A stretch of 64,000 bases of DNA from Leucoraja erinacea (taxonomy: Eukaryota): positions 8,990,001 through 9,054,000 of the forward strand of contig NC_073415.1 in NCBI RefSeq assembly GCF_028641065.1, in the 5' to 3' direction. Position 1 is the stretch's first letter. Each line of letters starts with the position of its first letter. Positions 23,286 through 37,184 of the stretch are shown here, piece after piece. Position numbers and translations under genes: made by a program. The notes under the pieces were generated by a model. That model saw nothing but the letters and a program-made list of their open reading frames with translations, was not told where the DNA came from and searched no databases.

Positions 23286-23851
23286 GTGGCCAATGCTGTG
23301 AGAAAACAGCTGTAGTTACTTTCAATGCCAACACTGATGTGAATAGGTTCTTTTTTCCAACATTTGTATTTAATATTGCTTCACCAATAAGCTATATTTT
23401 ATTCAAAGATATATTCTGTTTACTTGTACAAATGTATCACTAGAAACAGCCCTTGTTATATCATTACCTACATCTTCATTTAGTGGTTACAAATATAAGT
23501 AGCATCGTTGGAAAAATTGTCTTGACAAGAAATGGCTTTAGGCTGTAAATGCAGTGAAATACACAGTATGTATTCAGGAACCAGCGGCAACAAAAGTCTA
23601 ATATATGACTGTGAAATTAATGCTATAACAGGCACAATATAATACAGTATAAACAATTTGCTTGATAGAGTCTACAGTGTCGTTAACATCAGGAGGCCCA
23701 ACCTGTGAAAAGTGCTAGCCTGATTATCGGGGTACTGCTGAAATGGGGGGGAGTCAAAAATGGATCGAGGAGTTAGAATTGAATTAGCATGAAAAGTAAG
23801 TAAGAAAGTGAAAAAGGTAAACACTACAACTATGCAAATAGACAAGAGGCT

Positions 23852-24205
23852 ATCACTGTGTAACATTTGGGTACGGGACTGGTGAGGACACGTCTGTCAC
23901 TGTATAACACTGGGGTACTGTAACGGAGGGGACACGTCTGTAAATGTGTAACACTGGGATACAGCACTGGCGGGGACAGGTCCGTCACCGTGCAACACTG
24001 GGGTACTGTAATGGTGGGGACGGGTCTGTACCTGTACAACACTGGGGTACAGTACCGGTGGGGATGGGTCGGTCACCGTGTAACCCTGGGGTACAGTACT
24101 GATGGGGATAACTCTGTCACTGGGGTACAATACTGGTGGGGACAGGTCTGTCATTGTGTAACACTAGGGTGCAAACCTGTCATGTATAATACTGGAATGC
24201 AGTAT
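23852..24205. repeat. Minisatellite, ~8 degenerate units of ~42-43 bp (tcactgtgtaacactggggtacagtactggtggggacaggtctg)
   Basis: Visible periodicity. Confidence 0.85.
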
Positions 24206-24397
24206 TCTAGAGCACTAAGTGCAATTCCACTGATTACTCTAGCAGAGAGATCATTTGATTTACTCTCACGAGTGGAAATCAGGATGAATAAGAATTTGTA
24301 AATGGACATGAATGAATACTGAGCATTGTGTAGTTGGAGGAGGTTACAGGGATAGGAAGGGATGAGAGTATGGCAATAATGAAACAATAGGAAGAGA

Positions 24398-24586
24398 AGA
24401 CAGGCACAAAAGGCAGGAGTAACTCAGAGGGTCAGGCAGCATCTCTGGAGAAAATAAATAGGTGACGTTTCGGGTTGAAACCCTTCTTCAAACTGAAGAA
24501 GGGTCTCGACCCAAAACATCACCTATTCAATTTCTTCAGAGATGCTGCCTGACCCGCTTAGTTACTCCAGCCTTTTGTGTCTGTCT
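24398..24586. repeat. Near-perfect ~190-bp inverted repeat (head-to-head Penelope-associated repeat)
   Basis: agacaggcacaaaagg...cccttcttca-aac-tgaagaaggg...ccttttgtgtctgtct. Confidence 0.85.
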
Positions 24587-25020
24587 ACGGTTTAAACCAG
24601 CATCTGCAGTTCCTCCCTAGGCAAGAGGGTAAGAATACAGGAAAAGGCATCGACTCACATTTTATCCATTTATGACAATATTTTATCAGACAACATTCAC
24701 GTAATTTAAGCAAGTAGTTCACCTTGGAAAGATTATTGCACCAAGTGTGTGATCCAATGTCCATTCCCATCAATGGGAAGAAAAGTCGCATGGCTCTGAT
24801 GTTCTCAGTGCACAGCTGGCTTTGATGCCAGCGTTCTGGTATCAGTTCAGAGTTTGACAAATGGACACAAAAACGACCCAAAATTCAGAACATTCCTGAG
24901 AATGAACTGTTGTTACATTTGTTGTTACATTTCCTAGAGTAAGTGCCATCAGTCGACTGTAACATTGCATCAGGAGCCGCCTCAGTAACAATATTCAGAC
25001 AATTGTTGTGATATGTCCGT

Positions 25021-25298
25021 CTAACTCACAGGTGTAATACAACTATTATTATTTGGTCCAGTCTGTGAGTTATTGTCATTGCCGTTTGAAATCACTTCCT
25101 GCAAAGGAAAAATGTCCAGAGGTTCATTCACACGAGGGATTTCTTGGTTTCTGCTGGGTGTTGGATTCAGTACATTATATTCTCCTGTTTTCCGAGCTCT
25201 GTCGATCCGGCAATAGCAGATTATTGCCATTATTATTATTATTATTATTGCCCCCACAATTGAAAAGATGATGATGATCACCCATGACGATTCTTCAC
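25021..25298 (-). CDS. Gene B last exon: TM + cytoplasmic tail
   Basis: cacag| acceptor; WVIIIIFSIVGAIIIIIIMAIICYC TM, tail RARKTGEYNVL...CITPVS, TAG at 25021-25023. Confidence 0.9.
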
Positions 25299-27831
25299 CT
25301 GTGGATAATTCACAAAAACCATTACACAATCATCATCCATTCTGAGCAAATACATCTACTGTAAAACTACAGATCCTTTCTTTCCAAAATCCATGAATTT
25401 TGCCTGCACTCATTTGCAGGTATAATTTACTTATAATCTCTCGAATTACTATCTACCTCATCGGGGACCCTCGGACTATCTTTGATCGGACTTTACTGGT
25501 TTACCTTGCACTAAACGTTATTCCCTTATCATGTATCATGCTGCACACTGTGAACGGCTCGATTGTAATCATGTATTGTCTTTCCACTGGCTGGTTAGCA
25601 CACAACAAAAGCTTTTCAATGTAGCTCAGTTACATGTGACAATAAACTAAACTAAACCAATGTTTTCTCACTTTATTTATAAACACATTGTGCGTACGAA
25701 TGGCATAGCATGCTACTCGACGGACAATTAAATATTTTTTGAAGAATAAAGTCCATTTTCATTTAACTTAGTTTAGCAATTCAGTGCGGAAACAGGGTCT
25801 TCGGCCCACTGAGTCCATGCCAACCATCAATAACCCATTCACATTAGTTCAATGTTATCCCACTAACCGGAGATACCAGATAAAACGTACACAGGTCACG
25901 GGGAGAATGTACAAACTTTGTACAGACAGCACCCGTAGTCAGAATCGAACCCATGTCTTTGGTGGTGTAAGGCAGCAACTCTACTTCTGCGCCACCATGC
26001 CACTCGCATGTTCTAATGCCTTGTCTGAAAGGTGGCACCACAGACACTCTTTGCCACTATTCACCAAAAGCAAGTTGGGTGATGCTTTGTAGAGCACATC
26101 TGTTTAACCCAGAAGGGAAACTCCGAACCTTTGGTATCCTGTCACTACGGTTCTCCATCCCAGGCAGCATCCATGGAGAACATGGAGAGGTGACGTTTTG
26201 GGTCGGGACCCTTCTGCAGACAAGGGCAAACATTTGAGTGTCCAGAAATTGACAGGGGCTCGTTTTTCTACCTGCTGTTATTTCATTATTTTGGTGTTAC
26301 TATTTATGGGTTAATCAGAAACAAGAGGTGTGAAATCACAGAATATTCTCAAGAGTTCTCAGAACAGTGCTTTTATTGTAGACTACCGGATGTTTCCTTG
26401 TGTTAATTATCTGCTAAGTGTGTTTGGTGTAGACACTGGGGATGCTGAGGGTTGTGACAAGGCAAAGATTGCTTCAACAAAGGCATTGGTGGACAAACGG
26501 ACTCCTTTACATTAGACTGAGAGTGGTCAGTCTAACATAAAGTCGTACAGCTGGTACTCTTGCCTGGAGTCAGGAGATTAGTGGTTCAAGTCCCAAACAC
26601 CAGGATATTCCAGGGACACAAAGATATTCCATGGAAATACTGACAAAGAATCTCTGAGGTGCCACATTATTTTTTAATATGGCTGTATGGTAATTCACCT
26701 ACCACTGTACCTTAATTGGTATACGTGACAATAAACAGACCTTTGAACCATTGAAGATTAACGACTGTATCCTTCATGTCTATGGTTGGCATTGTGAGTT
26801 GCATTTAGAACAGTAAATGATGCGTTGTGCAATATTAATGCCTATTCTGCATTGCATCCACCCTGAAGAAGAGACAGAGTATTGCAGTAGCTCAGCGGGT
26901 CAGGCAATATCTCAGGAGCGGCCTATCCATGGTCTCCTGAGATGCTGCTTGACCCGCTGAGTTGCTCCAGCACTCCGTGTCCTCGTCTGTAAATCAGATC
27001 TTTGTTGAAAGGTTTCGACCCAAAACGTCACCCATTCCTTCGCTCCAGAGATGCTGCCTGTCCCACTCAGTTACTCCAGCATTTTGTGTCTATCTTCGGT
27101 TTAAACCAGCATCTGCAGTTCCTTCCTACACACTCCTTGTTTCTACATTGGAAGCATCCTGTTTTTTGAAGCGAACCACGAGAAAGCATGCAGTTCCGAT
27201 CAGATCCACTAGGCGGCAATGCTAGATGTTCCTACACCCATTGGTTATAGCGGTCTTTGTTGCATTCACGAAACAGCCTTTTCAATCCATGTACTGAGGC
27301 CATTTATTCCCTGTGATCCTCACCTGATAGAAAATGTACATTCAATATAAATTATAATTCTGCATTCCCAATATTCCCACCCTAAACAGGTAGATGTGAA
27401 CAGAGAGTCTACAAGTTACAGTCACAGTTGCAATGGTTCTAGAATACCATCTTTTTATCTTAGTTTAGTTTAGTTTAAAGATACAGCGCAGAAACGTGCC
27501 TTTTGGCCCACAGAGTCCGCACCGACCAGCGGTTCCCAACACTAACAGTATCATACACACACTAGATACAATTTACAATTATACCAAGCCAATTAACCTA
27601 CAAAACTACGTCTTTGGAGTGTGGGAGGAAACCGGAGATCCCCGAGAAAACACATGCAGTTTACGGGGGGGGGAGCATGTAAAGCTGCATATAGACAAGC
27701 AACCCGTAGACAGGGTCGAACCCGGGTCTCTGGGGCTGTAAGGCAGCAACTCTACCGCTGCGAAATCATCCCACCTCATTCATGATTGAAAGGCAGAGCA
27801 GACTCGATGGCACCAATGTAAAGTTACTTAC

Positions 27832-28116
27832 TTTGCACATTGAGTGTGATATTCTGTTGCTTAACAATGGGTTCAGAGTGATTTTGGAGTGTCAGTTTAG
27901 CCACACAAGTCAACTGCTGTCCATTCATCTCCATCTTTGGATGCAAAGTGTGGTAGATAGTGTGCTCTGTACTGGATGACTCGCTTGGCAAAGACATATT
28001 CCCATTCTTCAGTGTAAGTTGAAGTTCTCCCGAGACATTAAACACACTGCAGGTAATATTCACCGGTTTTCCATCAATGATGGTCAGTGATGCTTGGATT
28101 ACAGGTTCGGAGAAAA
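27832..28116 (-). CDS. Gene B Ig exon D4
   Basis: AG/GT, 285 bp, phase 1-1, Ig Cys pair. Confidence 0.9.
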
Positions 28117-30355
28117 CTGCAACAACAGAAAGATATTGTTAGAAACCCTATCAAAGCTTAGAGCAGCACGGTGGCGCGGCGGTAGATTTTAATGTTCAAT
28201 TTCAAGTGAGTTTTGTGTCCCTGTATAGGACAATTAAATTCTTGCTTTGCTTCAGCACACAGAACATAGTAGGCATTTACTACAGAACAGATCAGTGTGT
28301 CCATATACCATAATATAAATATATACACACATGAATAAATAAACTGATAAAATGCAAATAACAGAAAATGGGTTATTAATAATCATAGTTTTGTCCGAGC
28401 CAGGTTTAATAGCCTGATGGCTGTGGGGAAGTAGCTATTCCTGAACCTGGTTGTTGCAGTCTTCAGGCTCCTGTACCTTCTACCTGAAGGTAGCAGGGAG
28501 ATGAGTGTGTGGCCAGGATGGTGTGGGTCTTTGATGATACTGCCAGCCTTTTTGAGGCAGCGACTGCGATAAATCCCCTCGATGGAAGGAAGGTCAGAGC
28601 CGATGATGGACTGGGCAGTGTTTACTACTTTTTGTAGTCTTTTCCTCTCCAGGGCGCTCAAATTGCTGAACCAAGCCACGATGCAACCGGTCAGCATGCT
28701 CTCACCTTATGTAATTGCCTTATAGTAGTGTCAAAGACCTAGGTTCGATCTTGACTATGGGTGCTGTCTGTACGGAATTTGTACATTCTCCCCGTGACTT
28801 GTGTGGGTTTTCTCCAGGTGCTCCAGTTTCCTCCCGCACTCCAAAGACGTACAGGTTTATAGGTTAATTGACTTTAGCTATGGCTCTACATCCAACTGTA
28901 GTTGGACAATGATCGGAGGCAATTACCCAAAGTCACCCTATTATTCCCGGCATCATTCACCCCCTATACCAATCTCATCAAACCTAGTGACATGTTGGTT
29001 GAACACATCCTGATGAGTGGAATTTGAAATGTCCTCAATGTTTGGGCAACACTGTCAAAGTTCCCATTGAACACCAGTTGTAGGAAGGAACTGTAGATAC
29101 TGGTTCACACCGAAGATAGGCACAAAATGCTGGATAACTCAGCGGCACAGGCATCATCTCTGGAGAGAAGGAATAGGAGACATTTTGTGTCGAGACCCTT
29201 CTTCAGACTGCAAATCAGGGGAGAGGGAGATACAGCGATAAGGAAGGTGTCAAAATGAGACCTGAGACAATATAATAGATGAGGTCATGACAATATCATG
29301 ACATGAGACAAGATGAGGATCAAGAAAAATGTAGAATAGATCAGAATGTAGAATAGGAGAAGGTGACCACAAAGCAAACGGAGACAAAATGTCATTGGGG
29401 AGACTGGTGGGAGAACTGGGAAGGGGGAGGGATGGAGAGAGAGGAAGAGCAAGGGTTACTTGAAGTTAGAGAAGTCAATGTTCATACCACTGGGGTGTAA
29501 TCTGCCCAAGCCAAATATGAGGAACTGTGCCTCCAATTTGTGTTGGGCCTCACTGTGACAATGGAGGAGGCCCAGGACAGAAAGGTTGGTGTGGGAATGG
29601 GAGGGGATTTATAGTATTTAGCATCTCCACCCTGGCTGGTAACAAGCCAGAGGCTTCTATGTCACTTCAGGGAACACTTTGCTTTCAAAACAATGGTAAA
29701 TAGTCCACTGATTTAATTCCTGGGCGTAAGGAAGGTACTACAATATTTCTCCTTTATGTAAATGTTATGCATCTACATTCAGTTTGTATCTCTGATAAAT
29801 TCAGTTGCTGGTAGCTGCCTCTGTAACAGGATCTACATTAAAAACAGACAAAATAAGAGCAGGGCTTTATCACACACTCCAACGAGGCAGCTCTTGAATG
29901 AAGAAGGGTCTCGACCCTAAATGCCACCCATACCTTTTATCCAGAGATGTTGCCTGTCTTGCTTTTGTGTCTATCCTCCATGAGTAAGAATGTGGCCGAA
30001 TAACAGCATCTAGGTGACATCATGTTGCCTTTTTTCCACTAATTCCTTTGTTTTCCGTACAGGCCGATTAAAGTTTTGTGACTCTCCAGTACCAAATGTC
30101 CCCTTTAATATTCTTTAATAGTTGCCAAAGGAGGTAGTTGAGGCAGGGACTATCCCAACATTTAAGAAACTAGTTACACAGTTACATGGATAGGACAGGT
30201 TTAGAGGAATATGAGCCAAACGTGGGCAGGTGGGACAAGTGTAGCTCGAACATGTTGGCCGGAGTGGGAAAGTTAGGCCGAAGGGCTTGTTTCCACGCTG
30301 TATGACTATGACTCTATGATATCAATCATAATCTCTGGTTATCCAGCATGCTTAC

Positions 30356-30649
30356 CGTACACCTCAATGGAAATGTTGGCACTCCTTGTTAGATTTAATG
30401 GATAATCCTCAAAATCTGCTCTGCAGGTGAATTCAGTCAGTCCTGTGTCTTGTGGTGTCCATGTTGTTGTTGCCCAGATATCGTGGGATGATGACGTCTT
30501 TGTAACTGGCTTCAGTTCTTCTTCATTGTGAAACCATGTTACAGTCAACTTCTCAGCTGGATAGACATTTTGGACCTCACATTCCAACGTGGCCTCCTCA
30601 TTCACTTCAATGGGCTTTCTGTTGAGGATTCTAGGAGGCTTTGGAAAAG
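30356..30649 (-). CDS. Gene B Ig exon D3
   Basis: ttttcag| acceptor, |gtaagc donor, 294 bp; FPKPPRI...ATLECEVQNVYPAEKLTVTWF...EFTCRADF...IEVY. Confidence 0.9.
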
Positions 30650-32265
30650 CTGAAAAGACACATAAGGAATTCCCTGCATATTAGTTTTCTGTAGACAATG
30701 GAACTAAAGGAAAACAGACCAATACTGGCATTGCATTGAACGCAAAAACAATTCACCACACCCGAGTCAGAATCTGGATGTCCCGTAATTTAGTTTAGTT
30801 CAGAGATACAGCGCAGAAACAGGCCCTTTGGTACACCGAGTCAGCGCCAACTGGCACACTAATGCTATCCTATACACACTAGGGACAATTACAATTGTAC
30901 CGAGCCAATTAACCTACAATCCTGTACGGCTTTGGAGTGTGGGAGGAAACCGGAGATCCCAGATGAAATCCACGCAGGTCACGGGGAGAACGTGCAAACT
31001 CCATATAGTCAGCACCATTAGTCAGGATGGAACTCGTGTCTCAGGCGCTGCAAGGCAGTTGCTCTACCGCTGTGCCACACAAATTTGTTATTTAAATATA
31101 CTTCTCCTATGCTTCTGGCATCATGAGGATCTAACTCTGCTTTGAGCTCCAGCCACGGACTGTGGTACAAGCCAATACACTCACTGACATAGCACGACAC
31201 AAAGTGCTGGAGTAACTCAATGGGTCAGACAGCCTTTCTGGAGAACACAGATAGGTGATCTTTCACGACCCCTTCCATGCTCTCCAGGGATGCTGCCAGG
31301 CCTGATGAGATACTCTAGCACTTTGTATAAACCAGCATCTGCAGTTTCTTGTTTCTACTGTGCCCAGATAGGTTTGGTAACTGTTGTAAGGAACAATCTC
31401 CGGAGCACTCTAGAAGTTGTAATGAGGTGGGGGGGAGGTTGCTTGGCACAGCGGTAGACTTGCTGCCTTACAGCGCCTGAGACCCGGGTTTGATCCTGAC
31501 TATGTGTGTGGTTTGTACATATTTTGTACGTTCTCCCCATGATCTGCGTGAGTTTTCTCCAGGAGCTCCGTTTTCCTCCCACACTCCAAAGATGTGCAGG
31601 TTTGTAAGTTAATTGGCTTCATAAAAATTGTAAATCTACCCTAGTGAGTAGGATAATGTTAGTGTGCGGGGATCGCTGGTCGGCGTGGACATGGTGGGCC
31701 GAAGGGCCTGTCTCCACACTGTATCACTAAACTATACTAAACAATGCAGAAACACACATTGTGTTAACGTGTTCTACAGAGGAAACCTTGCAGACAGGGT
31801 AAACTCAACTTAAAGTGCTTGTTCTGTAGATAACTCATCTCTCCTGGTTTAGTGTGTGTGGCTTGCTTGTAAATATGTCAGCAGACAGCACGGTGGCACA
31901 GGGGTAGAGTTACTGTCTTACAGCACCAAAGACCAGGGATCAATCCTGACTAAGGGTGCTATCTGTACGGAGTTTGTACATTCTCCCCGTGACCTGTGTG
32001 GGTTTTATGCAGGAGCTCTGGCTTCCTCCCACACTTCAAAGACATGCAAGTTTTGCCGGCTAATTGGCATGCTACAATTATAAATTGTCCATAGTGTGTA
32101 GGATAGTATTGGTGTGGGGGGGATCTCTGGTTGGCACAGACCCGGTGGGCCCAATGGCCTGTTTCCACGCTGTATATCTAAACTAAACTTTACAAAATGC
32201 GACTCCAGTTTGTTTCAACTTAGTCTTGAGCAGAGGAGAGCAATTATTGTTCAAGTGGAACTCAC

Positions 32266-32580
32266 AGTAGGTTTGCAGAGTCACGGAGGAGGATTCGATT
32301 TCTTTTGTGGTATTTGTGTCCAAGTCCAGCTCTGCCAAGCATGTGTACACTTGTCCATCCTCAGCCATGCTTGCATTGAGATTGAGAATATTGACCACCG
32401 GAGTCACATCGTCTGGAAACTTTTGTTCCGTTGGGTGAACTGATTTCACAACTTTGCTCCCTCTGAGCCACTTGAGATGGAGCTTGGTGTTTGGATACAC
32501 TCTTGGACCGGTGCATTGAAGCTGATATGTTTTGTTAATTTCCATCACCTTTGGATGTGGTGCAATGACAAGATCTCGAT
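32266..32580 (-). CDS. Gene B Ig exon D2
   Basis: AG/GT, 315 bp, phase 1-1. Confidence 0.9.
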
Positions 32581-34080
32581 CTGTTGAAGGAGAATCATGT
32601 TAATAAAATTCACTGAAATAATGAACCTGAATAGTATTTGTCCCACCTCATCTCATATTCACCGATTATTCAAGTGATATACAGACAGCATGAATGTACA
32701 TATGTTCTTCAATATTTAGGGTGGCACAGTGGTGCAGTGGTAGAATTGCTGCCTTACAGCACCATAGACCCGGGTTTGATCTAGAATACGGGTGCTGTCA
32801 ATATGGAGTTTGTAAGTTCTCCCCATGACCACATTAGCTTTCTCCAATATCTTTGGTTTCCTCCCACATTCAAAAGAGGTACAGGTTTGGAGGTTAATTG
32901 GCTTGGTATAAGTGTAAATTGTCCCGAGTGTGTGTAGGATAGTGATAGCATGCCGGGATCGCTGGTCCTTATGTACTTGGTAGGTCGAAGGGCCTGTTTC
33001 CGCACTGTACCTCTAAACTGAACTAAACAAATCTAAATTGTAAGCAAGAACTTAAATGTTCTCTCCCCACAGATGCTGGTTGGAGTGCTGTGTTTCCAGT
33101 ATTTCAGATTTAGTTTAATTCAGAGATGCAGCATGGAAACAGGCCCTTCAGTTTACTGACTCCAATCCGACCATCAATCACCCGTTCATACGAGTTCTAC
33201 GTCATCCCACTTTCTCATCCACTCCCTACACAATAATGGCAATTTACAGAGGCCAATTAACCCATCTATTCTACATCACATTCTATATTATTTATTCTAA
33301 ATTTTCATTGCTCTCCATTCCCTTTGTCCTGTTTTCACACCTTTCACTTCCTTATCTATGTACCTCTCTCTCCCCTGACATCAGTCTGAAGAAGAGACTC
33401 AACCCGAAACATCACCCATTCCTTCTCTGCAGAGATACTGCCTGTTCCGCTGACTTACTCCAGCATTTTGTGTCTATCTTCAGTTTAAACCAGCATCTGC
33501 AGTTCCTTCCTACACATTCAGAGTTTGAGTTTAGTTTATTGTCACGTGTACCAAAGTACAGAGAGAAGCATTTGTTGTGTGCTGACTAGTCACCGGGAAG
33601 ACTATACATGATATTCTGCAATGTTACCTATGTAACTAATTAATTAACATTTTAGAATAAGAGGTTTCGCTTATTATACACTGTGATCACAAGTTTTCAA
33701 AGCTTTTTGTTTAGTTTAGTTTAGGGAAACAGGCTCTTGAGTCCGTGCCGATCAGTGATCCCTGCACACTAGCACTATCCTACACACACTAGGGACAATT
33801 TACAGTTTTACTGACAGTAATTAACCTACAAGCCTGGAGTGTGGGAGGAATCCGGAGCACCCGGAGAAACCCCATGCAGGTTACGGGGAAAACCTACAAA
33901 CTCGTAGTCAGGATCAAATCCATGTCTCTGGCGCTGTAAGGCAGCGACTCTACTGCTGCGCCACTGTGCTGTCCGGTTCTGCATATTATTCTGCTAGCAA
34001 ATGGTTATAGAGTGATACAGTGCAAACAGGCCCTTCGGCCCAACTCTCCTATACCGGTTAGAATAAGAAATTACACTTAC

Positions 34081-34356
34081 TGTACACAATGATCACTGTT
34101 TTGTTCTCAACTGTAGTATTGTTTTCAGATTTGCACAATACACTGCAAACCATTGGTAAATCCCACCTCATCACAGCTGGGAATTGGCATGTGTTTGAGT
34201 TGTTAACTTTATTGCAGTATTTATCTAGCCCTGGTTTTAGTTCCATGTTTATGTCAGGATTTAAACATGTGGTTCTGCAGTTCACATTCAAAGAGCCCCC
34301 GAATTCCACAGCTGGAGTGTCTGTGTTTATGTGAACCTCAAATCCATTCCCTTTCG
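34081..34356 (-). CDS. Gene B N-terminal Ig exon D1 (ICAM-type)
   Basis: AG/GT, 276 bp; VEFGGSLNVNCRTTC...INMEL...CSVLC. Confidence 0.9.
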
Positions 34357-34489
34357 CTGTCAGAGAAAAAACAAAACATCACAATAAGTAGAGATACAAA
34401 ATGCATTTAAACAAAGGGCAAAATCAGGGTAATTGCTTGATCTAAAAGAGTCATTTCAAATTACTCACAAACCATTAACATACATTACA

Positions 34490-35270
34490 TACTCTGATGA
34501 TACTTTGATCATGGACACCACCAACTCACAGGGACAGTTATGTCTGAGATGGACATTTTTGCAGAGTGGTGTAGGCGGAATTACCTTGACATTAATACCT
34601 CCAAAACAAAGGAGTTGGTTGTTGACTTCCGTAAAGGTCCTTCCATCATCCCCACTCTGTTAGTCAACAACCGGCTAATAGAAAGGGTCGAGACACCTTG
34701 GGACAATAATTGATCACAAACTCACCTTCCAACTAAATAGTGAAACTATATTTTCTAAGTGTCAGCAACACCTCTTTTTCCTGAGGAAACTCCACAGACT
34801 TCAGGCTCACCAGTCAGTCCTGACAGCTTTTTACAAATGTTTCATTGAATCAGTAATAACCTTCAATATGTCAGCCTGGTTTTGGTCACTATCCAACATC
34901 CATCGCAACCCACTAAACAAAATCATATCAATGAGCAGTAAAATAATCGGACTGGAGCAGGAACCATTGATCAGCATTTACAATAGAAGGACTAAACTAA
35001 AAGGAACACAAATAGCCTCAGACACCACTCACTCACTGCACAGCCAATACAGTCTTCTAGCCTCAGGCCAGAGATACAGGTCACTCACATTCAGAGCCAT
35101 GTCGAGTTTTGTGCCTACATCAATTAGACTGACGAATAGGTGATCTAATTAGTTATTCATTTATCTATATATACATTTTTACATTATTTTAATGTTTTTA
35201 TTGCCTATTCTTCATGTATTGTGCTTTGCAAGTTTTACCTACTGACCACTGTTGGACTGCTGGTATGTGA
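34490..35270 (+). mobile_element. Degenerate LINE RT fragment (Rex1/Babar or L2 group) in gene B intron 1, absent from gene A
   Basis: YSDDT motif, ...IASDTTHSLH...LLASGQRYRS...SFVP.SIRL remnant. Confidence 0.7.
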
Positions 35271-36879
35271 TGTGTGTGGTATATTGTGTTGTGTTGCTGG
35301 GTATGTGAACAAGGTATGTTCCCGATGTTGGGGAAGTCCAGAACAAGGGGTCACAGTTTAAGGATAAGGGGGAATTCTTTTAGGACCGAGATGAGGAAAA
35401 CATTTTTCACACAGAGAGTGGTGAATCTCTGGAATTCTCTGCCACAGAAGGTAGTTGAGGCCACAGTTCATTGGCTATATTTAAGAGGGAGTTAGATGTG
35501 GCCCTTGTGGCTAAAGGGATCAGGGGGTATGGAGAGAAGGCTACTGAGGATACAGGATACTGAGTGGGATGATCAGCCATGATCATATTGAATGGCGGTG
35601 CAGGCTCGAAGGGCCGGAAAAAAAAGTTAATTGAATTGAATTGTGAAACTTTTTTTTCTACGAATTATATAACTCCAGGAACTGGGAGTCGGTGTTAGAG
35701 ACTGAGGTGATTCTTAACATTTCCCGGTGTTGAAGTAAAGAATGTTTCTGTTTAGCAAGTGTTGAATATACAGTAGAATAAAGAGTTTGACAACAGAGAA
35801 ACGAATGAAGTGTTTTTACAAGGCGGAGTTCCATATCACCATTGTACATGCTATTTTTTTTTAAGATATACACAAAATGCTGGAGTAACCCAGCGAGTCA
35901 GGCAGGCAGCCTCTCTTGAGAAAAGGAAGAGGTGAAGTTTCGGGTCGAGACCCTTCTGCAGACAGCCAGGACAAAAGGGAAACGAGAGATTTAGAACAAA
36001 TGGATGTAAGATATGCAAAAAACGTATCAATGATAAAGGAAACGGGCCATTGTTAATTCAGCGGCTCAGGCAGCGTGTGTGGAAGGAACAGACAGGCGGG
36101 ACCCTTCAGGCAAAATGCATTCCAGGCAAACATTTAAATCACAAGAGAATCACATTTAAATCCTCTGAAAAAACATGTTCAAACTTCCTTCCAGATGGAA
36201 AGCCGGTGATGTTTCTGACCCGCCGGGGCAGCGGGTCCCCGTTCCCGTGTGGAACAGGCATCACTGCCGGGGCTGGAGACGAGACCTCCCCCGTCCGTGA
36301 TGCTCACTGCCCGGCGGCCCAGAGGCCCCGGTCCACAGGTACTCACTCACTCACTCACTTACACTCACTCACACTCACACAATTACACTCACACAATTAC
36401 TCTCACACGAACATTCACACTCACTCTCTCTTTCACACATCCACAAACACTCACAAACACTCATAAACACACTCACTTACACACGCACTCACACACACGT
36501 TCTCCCTCACTCACACAATTACTCTCACACGCACAATCACTCACTCACTCTCATACGCGCACACACTCATACGCATACACACTCACCCTCACATAGACAT
36601 ACACATACTCCACACGCTCGCACACTTTTACACACATGCTCACACTCACACTAGCTGTTCCGACAATGGCGTGATCACAGCGTCCAGGCTGCGCCCCTCT
36701 CCCACCGCGCCCCTGCTTCACTCCGCCAAAAATAAGCAATCATCTGCTTTTTGTTTTGACATTAATAAATGACAAGATATCCCCCCGCTGATTATTGAGC
36801 TCCGCTTAATAGCTCGGCCATGAAATAAAAACGCTATATTCCATGGGAGAAGCGCGTTTGATGTGAGGATTGTACTAAC

Positions 36880-36946
36880 TTGTTAACGTGAATACGAACA
36901 AGACGAGGTGAAGGTATCTCCCGCTTGAAGTGAGTGTAGAGACCAT
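36880..36946 (-). CDS. Gene B exon 1, signal peptide
   Basis: ATG at 36946, 67 bp, |gttagt donor; the six exons sum to 1515 nt = 504 aa + stop. Confidence 0.85.
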
Positions 36947-37055
36947 GACTGCGACCCTCCTCGGCGCCTGCTGCCTCTCCGATCACCGCCCGTCCAAATG
37001 AACACAGCGCTCCCACAGTCCACACACTCGCTGTTAATGCAAACAATCTCTCTGA

Positions 37056-37066
37056 TTTCCCGGAAA
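37056..37066 (-). promoter_or_regulatory. GAS / STAT palindrome TTTCCGGGAAA
   Basis: Perfect TTC-N3-GAA with extended palindromic arms, 110-120 bp upstream of the gene B ATG. Confidence 0.7.
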
Positions 37067-37172
37067 CAATTCAGAAACTAAACTTCGGAGAAAGCCCCTA
37101 AAAAAAAGAGTTTAAAGAAAAAGCCTCCCCTCGGCTCAACTTTGTGCTCGCCGTTGCAACAGAGACTGACTT

Positions 37173-37184
37173 GGGGAAAGTCCA
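37173..37184 (-). promoter_or_regulatory. NF-kB-like site TGGACTTTCCCC
   Basis: Near-consensus kB site ~230 bp upstream of the ATG; a second, weaker site GGGGCTTTCTCC lies at 37087-37098. Confidence 0.6.

Noticed and set aside
25964-27487. Possible additional exon in the B-specific intron segment between D4 and TM
   Set aside because: No Ig motif or convincing AG/GT-bounded open frame found; mostly repeat fragments
25021-36946. Assigning a specific symbol (ICAM1, ICAM5, VCAM1, MADCAM1) to genes A, B or C
   Set aside because: Family membership is clear, but orthology needs phylogeny and synteny that cannot be run here
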